A DNA stretch of 64,000 bases, from assembly GCA_053919585.1 (NCBI GenBank), contig CM132786.1. One strand, written 5' to 3'. The position numbers and the translations under genes were made by a program. Positions 54,811 through 64,000 of the stretch are shown in pieces. How positions within the stretch are numbered: position 1 is the first letter of the stretch; the number at the start of each line of letters is the position of its first letter. A model generated the notes under the pieces. That model made no database searches, was not told the origin of the DNA, and worked only from the letters and a program-made list of their open reading frames with translations. Source of the stretch: Euprymna scolopes (lineage: Eukaryota).

Positions 54811-56208
54811 CAGGGGGATGCAAAAGTAGGTATACAGTGGTCACAAAAAGAAAAAACGTATAAAGTCTAAGACATTTGTTATACAGACAAACAAATGTTG
54901 CATAAACAAGTAATAATTAGCACGTATAATAAGAAACACATGTAATAGGAAGCCCTATTTCCGCAGGTATTCAGATTGCTTGCCGTCAGCGTTAACACAT
55001 TTCTCTAATCGAGAACGAACACTCATGCACATTCTAGAACAAAGATCTTTATCAGCATCAATTTCCTGACAAGCTTCCAAAATGAACTGAATCATGTTTT
55101 CGACAGTGCGAGGCTTGCATGCAAAAACCTTATCTTTTACTGTGCCGCCAGAAAAGAAATCCATAGGAGTTAAATCTGGCGAGCGTGGTGGCCAGTCGAT
55201 GGCGCCACGGCGTCCAATCCATCTGCTGGGAAATTTTAAGTCAAGTAGTGCTCGCACAGTGAGTGCAAAATGAGGTAGGGCCCCGTCTTGTTGAAAATAA
55301 AAGTCATAATTTTGGTATTGTTCACGTACTTGGGGTATTATTGTATCCTGCAACATGTTTAAGTACACAGTTTGATCAATGCTTGTGTGAAGAAAAATGG
55401 GGCCAACAACACCTTTGCAAGAAAGCCCGGCCCATACTGTTACCCCGGGTTGATTGAGTTGTTTTTCAATAGTGATGCGAGGGTTTTCGGTTGCATAATA
55501 AACGCAATTGTGTCGATTAACGGCACCTGATAATTTAAAGTTTGCTTCGTCAGACCATACAATTTTATTTAGAATACCGTTACCTTCAAGTTCCTCACTC
55601 AGGATGTTTTCAGAAAATTGTAAACGACGAGCCGAGCCATCTTCCAATAAACCATGTATCAATCGAGGCGTGTACATCTTTAGACCGGCACGATTCATCA
55701 GGCGCCCCAATGATCTACGCTCAATACCAAGATCAGATGAGGCTCTGTATTTCGATTTTGTGGGCTCTGAGTGAATGCCTGAGCAACTTTGAATTCATTT
55801 TCTTGTGTGCTCACAGTAATTGGTCGACCACTTCTCGGTGCATTGTGGATACTCCCTGTCTGTTCAAATTTGTCACGCAGTCGATAAACCATGAGCCTTG
55901 TTGGGGGAGGTGTTGCAAAGGTTTTGATCCACTGTTCTCTTATGTGTTCACTATTTTCTGTCTTCCAGTATTGTTTTAATATCCATTTTCGCTGTTCGTC
56001 AGTAAAATTACCGGCCATGGTTAAATTGCCAATTTAACTGAAAAAATAAAAAGAAATAAGTCAAAGTGCATGCATTTTAATCGAAAGGAAATTTAATCAA
56101 TAAAAACAAAAGACTAAAAGTATATGCATTTTTACTTTAAGGTATGTAGCTTTCAGTTCAATAAAATGTCAATAATTTCAATACTGTATACCTACTTTTG
56201 CATCACCC

Positions 56209-56210
<2 letters not shown>
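54811..56210 (-). mobile_element. Full-length Tc1/mariner DNA transposon, DD41D (rosa/Visitor) type, 1400 bp
   Basis: 28-bp terminal inverted repeats cagggggatgcaaaagtaggtatacagt / actgtatacctacttttgcatcaccctg (one mismatch), TA on both sides within (TA)n. Confidence 0.95.
54955..56018 (-). pseudogene. DD41D transposase with a frameshift near 55758
   Basis: N-terminal HTH region with RSGRP (55698-56018). Catalytic WSDE, QQDG and WPPRSPDLTPMDF, with 41 residues between the second and third Asp. Confidence 0.93.
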
Positions 56211-56296
<86 letters not shown>

Positions 56297-57929
56297 TTAC
56301 GCAGTTCCCTTGGGTTTTACTTGTGCGAATGGAAATTTAACTAACTTTCTTGGATTCTGCATCTTTGGATTTTACCGTCATTGGATATTTTGCCCTTCGT
56401 CAGACTATCCATTCACGTGAAATTACTTTTTGATGCACCCTATTCCCTTTGCTTCACTTTTTATCAAGTAAGATCTTTGACTTACTTGTAGCTTCATTTA
56501 ATATATTTGCAAGCAAAATCCGATCCCACGTTTTGCTAAACCCTACCCTCTGATAAGAAGGAAAGTATTTCTTCGAAACTCCGCGGATTAAGGACTATCC
56601 ATTTATTTAGAGTTTTCTTTTTTTTAAATTAAATGTTTTAACTCTTTTTCAAAGTGTTTTTATGACACGTTTNNNNNNNNNNNNNNNNNNNNNNNNNNNN
56701 NNNNNNNNNNNNNNNNNNNNNNNNNNNNNNNNNNNNNNNNNNNNNNNNNNNNNNNNNNNNNNNNNNNNNNNNNNNNNNNNNNNNNNNNNNNNNNNNNNNN
56801 NNNNNNNNNNNNNNNNNNNNNNNNNNNNTTTTTTTCTTTTATAACCCCTATCAAATTTTTGTATTTGTTTCGTAGGGATCTGGTATATAGCACTATTCAC
56901 TAGTCGTTTAATATTGCCTTTTGTGAGTTGTGTATAATTGTTATTAAATAACGCATGATATTGCCATGCGTTTGTTTTGACTAGTATTAAAATAATAGTG
57001 GTGATGCTGTTGCCGATGCTGGAGAGGCTATCAGTGCGGAAGACGTTTTTTGTTCGGGCGAGATATTATTTGAGAGTGAGTGGTGAATAATTAAACGTTT
57101 TATTTCAGGTGTATTACAACAAAATTTACCTATTTCCTAACACGCACCAAGTAGAGGAGAGAGAATCGAATAAATTCTAGCCATTACTTATTTTTGTGGT
57201 GTTACCACAAATGGTAATATCTTCTGCATATATGTCGACAAAATATTTCAGAATGTAATTTACCAGACAATTGATGAAGTTACGTATAGGCTTTTGGCCT
57301 AGGATTGATCCCTGATATAAGCCATCGTTTATAAAGTTAGTTTCTGATTTTAACCGACTACATTAAAAAAAACTAGTAGAGAGATAGAGGTTAGTACATT
57401 TGCAGCAATACCGTAGATGGAAATGAGTTTACGTAGATCCTTTTGCAAACTCCTGTCAAATGCCAAGAGATATGTCAAATATCATTGTCAATAGATGCAC
57501 TGGTCCTGCATGATACTGTGTGTTGTTCTCTACGAATCAAAAAAATATTGCAATTAGATGGTAGTATTTTGTTGGGGTAGTTATCAACTTCTCTCTCTAA
57601 ATATACTGTTCTAACACCTCTATATCGATAGATAATATGGATTGGTCTGGCTTGTATTATACTAAGCATTTCTACCTTCAAGCAGAGAACACACTCGTAT
57701 TTTCAGGTTGAATTCGTTTGTTACGCTGAATTAATTGTTATATTCCTTGTTATTTTACCCTCCTTTTTTACTATTGATTATTGGTTTTTCTATAGTTGAA
57801 CTTTTTTCCATTGTGCTTTTAATCCAAAAGTTTTTATTGGGCTGGAATATTTCTTACGTCTCTCAGCTGTACGACGTTGGAGAGTCCATTTCGGAAGTAA
57901 AAAATTAAGAATAATTCTAAACCATCTAA

Positions 57930-59700
57930 TGAAAAGTCAGATCGGACAAAGCCACCTACAATCAACATTAATTTTAAAGATTTTTTTTAAAGGCTCGTGT
58001 ATGCCTGGAATTAATCACAGACATATGGTATTAGACTCGAACAAACCAGATCGAGTGTTTATTCTAAAAAGAAAATTTTATTCTTTTGTTATTGATCTCA
58101 AGAATTAAAGCCTCATCAGAGTTCTAAACACCAACTCACGAAATTTATAGCAATAGTAGGCATGAGAATAGTAAGAATAACAAAGAGTAAATGGTACAAT
58201 ACCTCAAGTTTCCTTAGGAAAACAACCGAAGAATGCATTATTCTTTCGAAAAAGTAGATGCTTACCAAGTATTATGTACTAAGAAAGGTATACATGGAAC
58301 AGTGGAGGAACATTGTTGCAGTTTTCAAAGTCCTTGGAGAATAGGTTTGCACATTTCTGTTGCAATATGGGATATTACTGGAGTACATGAAGATAAGTAT
58401 AATGGAGTTTTGTCCTTTGATATACTACTAAACAAGAGCACGTTTTGAAAAATACCTTAATATCTAGAAGATGACGGAGAGAAAAAAAAACTGCCAATCG
58501 TAGAAGCTAGTAGAAGATAGGCATATTGGATTTGTGAGAAGTGGGCCACTTTACTTTCACTAAACCATAAAAATAGGTTTCTTGAGCACTTAAAACCACA
58601 AATAGGAGAACTGATCAGAGACGACCCCCAAAGCACAACACACAACCCGGTAAAGGTGATACCACCAGAGGAAATTGAAAAATATTTTAATCTAATAAAC
58701 AAGTCGTCTCAAAAAGAAGTCTGGAATCAAATTCAGACAAAAAAAAACCCAAAAAACTTCCTTGATTAGAACATACACAAAATCCCTCACAGACCACGAA
58801 AAAATATAAATCATTTCCAGTAAAGACACGAGGGGAGGTTACAAATTTAAAGAGCATTCGAACTATAAAAAGAAACTAGAACATGAAAGTCATAATGGGG
58901 GAACATTAAAAGAAAAAAACACAATTTTCTGATTATTTGTTCCCAGAATTTTGTAAAACTAGTAATCCCATCCCCCCACACGAAAAACGCTCCATGCCCA
59001 TAATTTACTAGCGCGCATTTAATGTTCCTTACGTGCACTAGATAATATCACCTCTTTAAGTTCACCAACTCAAACAAAACAAAGATTACTCAAACCTTCC
59101 CCGTTTACTACCAACTGCAACACATGCAAAAATTACCCCCCACCCAATAAAAACTGGCATGCCTACGGCAACACTACAGCTCCATGTCTATAGTACAGAC
59201 AAGAAAGGACAAAGGTGCCCATCTAAGGATGTAAAAACTCAAAAAAGAAATCGTTTTTTATATACGGGTATAGACTTATGCAAAATAACGCCGGAGAAAA
59301 GGGATGCTGAAAACTCATTACAATTTCGAATATACAATATTCATTTAATTTAAATCAGTGGACAAAAAATATATTACAAACCCAGATAACTTCCATAAAG
59401 CCAAGAGACTCTTGACTGTGGTGATGAATATGGACGAGCGAATTATGTTTGGACTATGATAAGGAAACAAATTATTTTTAGACGTACTTCTTTTCCGGCT
59501 TTCGTTAAGGGTAACGACCCTGTAAAACTTCATAAAAACTCATAGTGTAGGGAGGCGCCCATTAAATAACTACCCTTGTATAGGGCAATAAAATTTTTAA
59601 AAACTTCTCCCTTAGACATCGGCGGTCTGCCCCTTGACCGTGACATCACGTATAAGATAACCTATGAATACATCGCGACAGCTGTCGGTATCATTACGTG
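57930..59700 (+). mobile_element. Probable heavily decayed Penelope-like element
   Basis: Faint RSDK (about 57941), VLSFDI (about 58408) and YTG (about 59261). Ends in a hammerhead-like remnant acc...ACAGCTGTC-ggt (59660-59689), then (TA)n. Confidence 0.4.
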
Positions 59701-59705
59701 TATAT

Positions 59706-59765
<60 letters not shown>

Positions 59766-59946
59766 TGTGTGTAAGTAAAATTCAATGTGTATGCACTATA
59801 TCATAAACCTTTATAGGATCTACATAAAATCTAAAAGTATATTATCATGAAAAATTTAAGTAATAAATATATACGGGAAGTGTTTCGGAAAAAAATACTG
59901 TAATTTCAATTATATCATGCTAGAAATCTTTTGTCGGTATCATTAC

Positions 59947-60007
<61 letters not shown>

Positions 60008-60549
60008 AAAATCCTTTATTAAAATTGATGTGTTTGCGAGTGTTCTTAAAATAACCATGACTGAATGTGTGACAATATGCTTTTGACAAATATAACATCG
60101 TTATACTACTTAACATCACAAGATTGAAAAACGGCTTATAATATCAAAAGTAGGTTCTTTTGGAGACAGGAATTGTTTCAGTAGAAGCATTTTAGTTTAG
60201 AGCACAAAGTAAGCAAGATACTTGACTATAACAGTTAAAACTTGAATTAAAAACATTATTAGTTGATTGGCAAGGCCATAAGGGAGAAAAGCGAATAAAA
60301 AACTATAAGAAAATTCTTCCCAAAGCAGCAAAACTTAAGCTGGCCTGCCAAGACACAATATATAGAAATGTAAGCAAATTTGGACAAATTATATTGGCCC
60401 GATAATGTAGGTTCTTGTTTAAATAATTCTCATAAAAATTAAGCAATACAATATTTTTAAAATCTTTAAAAAACCCTGCAAATTTGCATGTACATACAAC
60501 AAAATATATGAGCATTTCAATACTCAATTTGTATACCATATTGCTATAG

Positions 60550-60612
<63 letters not shown>

Positions 60613-60619
<7 letters not shown>

Positions 60620-60989
60620 CTGATTATTTTAACCGATATTAAGGTTAACGCCTCCGCCTCGAAGATCCGGTGTTCTTCTTAGAAAGTCACCCATTTTTTT
60701 ATTTGACACATTTTTTTTATTTATTCATATATTATTTGTAAAAAATTATTATTTTTAAAAACAATAATCTACGGACCCGCGTGCTTCGGAGCCCTACTCC
60801 TCTTCGGCGTAGCTTGACTGTTGTTGGGTGTCGAACACCGAAGCTTATGTATTTCAGTTCAGTGTCCTAACCCATGAAGCTATGATGTCATAGACAATTT
60901 ACTGTTTAGTTTTTTTTTTATATCGTTCATCTTTTTGCGTAGTTTTTGTTGTTGATTTTTTAAAAACGATAGCAAGGTTAACGTCTACG

Positions 60990-60992
<3 letters not shown>
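60613..60992 (-). mobile_element. tRNA-headed, hammerhead-containing short element (monomer about 332 bp plus 47-bp terminal direct repeat) in (TA)n
   Basis: 60613-60659 resembles 60945-60992. tRNA-like segment 60815-60889 with A and B boxes. Hammerhead at 60769-60812. Confidence 0.78.
60769..60812 (-). ncRNA. Type I hammerhead, two core substitutions
   Basis: ctacg-CCGAAGA-GGAG-taggg-CTCC-GAAG-cacgcggg-TC-cgtag: perfect stems I and II and a GUC triplet. Confidence 0.75.
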
Positions 60993-61026
<34 letters not shown>

Positions 61027-61259
61027 TTATTTATGCATATATATATATATATATATGCGCCACCTTTTTTGGCAATTTTATTAGCTCCACTTCACAGCAA
61101 CAATTGATCAGAATTTAATAAATGAATGCTGGTTGGAAAGGTATTGATCTGAATTGTATATTGTGCTAAGTTACATTTGCCCAAATGTCGACCAATAAGA
61201 GGATCATCTATCATCCAAATATTTCAATCCTAGTCACTTGGATTCCAGAGTCTTGCATA

Positions 61260-61630
61260 TGAAATACAAAATAACGTATATTTCCCTTAAACCTCTCACC
61301 TTGAAAAAGGGGAGACTAAATCTTTCAGCTATTGTTTCAAATAATCAGAAATAACAGCAAGAAGAAACTTGATTCCAAATATTCTTCTTATGTTATATCT
61401 CCAAACTTTGGTATTCATACATAAAGAAAATTGTATAGTGTATAAGGAGTATTTAATACTAAATATATTTCTAATCGTACTGTATATTAAAAAAATATAG
61501 AACTTTTTTGAATCAAGTCTTCTGTTGGTGTTATTTCGGATAATAAGAACCTACAGCAGTAAATTTTACTTTCCCCTCCATCAAGGCCAGATGATTTTGG
61601 GAAATATAAAAACAGATATGTATTTTGAAC
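61260..61630. mobile_element. Old foldback element; a related fragment lies at about 47235-47331
   Basis: ccttga...gaaataacagcaa...aacttgattc pairs with gaatcaagt...tgttatttc...cccctccatcaagg. The same arm sequence recurs near 47257-47331. Confidence 0.6.
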
Positions 61631-61805
61631 TAAATTAATGCGAAATTTCGCATCGTGTTCCTCAGTGTGTGTCCTAGTAGGGAAAGCGATCTATCGAAAT
61701 GATGGTGGAAAGTAACATTTTGCTGATTTCAATAGGTATCATAGTATTGGAAGTCTAGAATATTAGTTGAGTATCAATCAATTCAGAGAAACACTAGACC
61801 TCCTT

Positions 61806-61840
<35 letters not shown>

Positions 61841-61842
<2 letters not shown>

Positions 61843-61896
61843 TCTATGTCAACAGAACGATCACTGTACTCCATAGTATATAGATCATAGAATTAT

Positions 61897-61957
<61 letters not shown>

Positions 61958-62018
61958 TTGATATAATTCTATTATCTATAAACTATGGAGTACAGTGACT
62001 GTTTTGTTGACATAGATT
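61841..62018. repeat. 60-bp inverted repeat whose spacer is a (TA)n tract
   Basis: 61841-61900 is the reverse complement of 61959-62018. Confidence 0.85.
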
Positions 62019-62140
62019 TTACTCAACTTGGACATGTCACGTTCGTGAAGAAAGAGCTTGTACAGATACGTTATTATTTCTTTATCGTTTATGCATACAT
62101 GTATGTGTATATACAAATATATATATATATTTGTAGAGAT

Positions 62141-62271
62141 CTACATACACTCCTGTTTCGTTCTATCACAACTCATCAGTGCCGCTAGACTAGCACTTCT
62201 CCCAAGCCGAGGACTGAACCTAGAACCATCGCGTTGACAATCATTAGTTCTACTGATCGACCCAAGGGAGC
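62141..62271 (-). mobile_element. tRNA-like head followed by a type I hammerhead (second family)
   Basis: Minus strand: gctcccttgggtcgatcagtaga...ggttcagtcc...gggaga, then cggca-CTGATGA-GTT-gtgatag-AAC-GAAA-caggagtg-TA-tgtag. Confidence 0.75.
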
Positions 62272-62521
62272 GGCGCCCGTAAATTATCTCGCCAAATATC
62301 TATTTAAACAAACATCCGTCCACCAATTTTACAGTGCTCTAACCGCTTGTTTATATACAAGGAGCGAGCGTCGCATTTTTCAACCAATAAAGTAGCGGGT
62401 GAGATTACTTACGACAGTGCTCTACCCAAAGAGGGGGTTACAATATCTGTAGTCATTTTTCGGGGGGTACAGACTTTAATAATGAATAAATACAAACCAA
62501 AAAACATTTTAAAAAATTAAA

Positions 62522-63317
62522 TAAAGGTTAGCTAACCAGGTTTCGTTCCTCGCTCAACTGAGTTAAATCGAGGAAAATACGATTAAGAAAAAAAATCATG
62601 AGTATGGGGGGCACAAAAAAACGAAAAATAAACGGGGGAGAAATTACATAGACTAAATTATGTCCTAAAATATTTTCTTTTTGCTTGCAAAGACATAGTC
62701 TCAAAGACTAAATAAAATAGTTTCTAGAATTTTAAATTATAGGGAGAGTGCGACTTACTCAAGATCATAAACATGTCAGCACGTAAATTCGTGATTTATA
62801 AGGTGGTCGCAACTCGCAGAACCATACATATTATTCAGAACATCCGAGGATGAAAAATTTACATAACGAATCTTTGATGATACATGTTGTTTCAAACGGA
62901 AATGTAATCTTTGCGATGTCCGCTCAACATAGTGCGCACTGAAACTACATTTAAATAAATAAATAATAGAATTATTATGGTGGCAGAGATAATCCTATGG
63001 TTCTGCGATTTGCGACCACCTTATAAATAACCATGCGTGTACCACGAATTTCAGTGCTGACCTGTTTACGATCTTCAGTAAGTCGCACTCTCCATATCAT
63101 TTAAAAATTCTAGAGACTATTTATTAAGTCTTTGAGATCTTCTCTTTGCAAGCAAAAAGAAAATCTATTAGGACTTAATTTAGTCTCTATGTAATTTTTC
63201 CCCCGTTTATTTTTGTCCCCCCCCCCGCCATATTCATGACTTTTTTTCTTTCGTAATCGTATTTTCCTCGATTTAGCTCTGTATAGCGAGGGACGAACCC
63301 TGGTTAGCTAACCTTTA
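62522..63317. mobile_element. Foldback/MITE with terminal inverted repeats of about 305-320 bp
   Basis: About 62522-62826 is the reverse complement of about 62996-63317. Termini taaaggttagctaaccagg / cctggttagctaaccttta. Confidence 0.9.
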
Positions 63318-63383
63318 TTGTAATGTTATATTTTTTATCAATATATTGATTGGTCTGTATTTAGCTAACACACACACACACAT

Positions 63384-63438
<55 letters not shown>

Positions 63439-64000
63439 TATATATATACGCGTGACCAGTTGGGTCAGTATGGTATATTAACTATGGAATTAATGTATGT
63501 GCGTGATACTTGTGATGTAAAGTAAATAGTTTTTTGTGACATAATAGAAACATTTCTATGAAAGTATATTAAAATGAAAAAGAATATTGATAGATTTCTA
63601 TGAGTCGTTCTGTTTATAATTGTTTATTTTTGAAAAAAAAACTGATAGCCATTGAATTATAAGTGGTTAGCCATACTTATAGGTAAATGTGCACTGAACA
63701 GATACCATAATACTTAAAGTTAGATTCAAATTTTAATATACTTTTCATTTAAACGCGAAAAAAAAACAAACAATTGGGACGTTGAAAACGGACACAGTAA
63801 AACAATACGTTTTATTGTCGCGTTGATTATGTATTTGTAACGCAAATTACAAAAATAATATATAATCGTGGTTATGTACTAGAAAATGTATGAGTGTTTA
63901 TTTTAGAAAGTTGTATTTAAAAATGGATACAAAAATAAAAAATAAGGCAAGGCGGTGGGTAATTCACCGTTGTAAAATGCTGTTATGGTTGTCAACGGGT

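Noticed and set aside
56350-56407. Minus-strand CTGACGA with a possible stem II near (TA)n
   Set aside because: No GAAA and poor stems; too degenerate to call a hammerhead.
2159-62188. Many short ORFs rich in YIYI, CVCV, HTHT or X
   Set aside because: They are translations of microsatellites and N gaps.
60815-62271. Genuine tRNA genes at 60815-60889 and 62198-62271
   Set aside because: Acceptor and other stems are broken; treated as tRNA-derived heads.

Overview
AT-rich metazoan genomic DNA with scaffold gaps and dense (TA)n/(CA)n microsatellites. I found no convincing host protein-coding exon; every recognisable coding segment is transposon-derived. Contents: two large Penelope-like retroelements (PLEs, RT + GIY-YIG; one Naiad-like, one Neptune-like), each with an inverted copy of its 3' terminal repeat; about three more decayed PLEs; three CR1/L2-group LINE 3' fragments (one with an uninterrupted 657-aa RT ORF); a decayed RTE LINE; a full-length DD41D Tc1/mariner element; Helitron remnants; several MITE/foldback elements; and a 5S-rRNA-derived sequence. 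The most striking signal, invisible in the ORF track, is about a dozen type I hammerhead ribozyme (HHR) motifs, intact to decayed, on both strands. They sit in PLE termini, in tiny fold-back remnants, and in short non-coding units of about 300-330 bp with terminal direct repeats. Two unrelated short elements place a tRNA-like (Pol III) head directly upstream of a hammerhead, which suggests Pol III-driven, PLE-mobilised retrozyme/SINE hybrids. All folds and alignments were done by eye; no database search was run.
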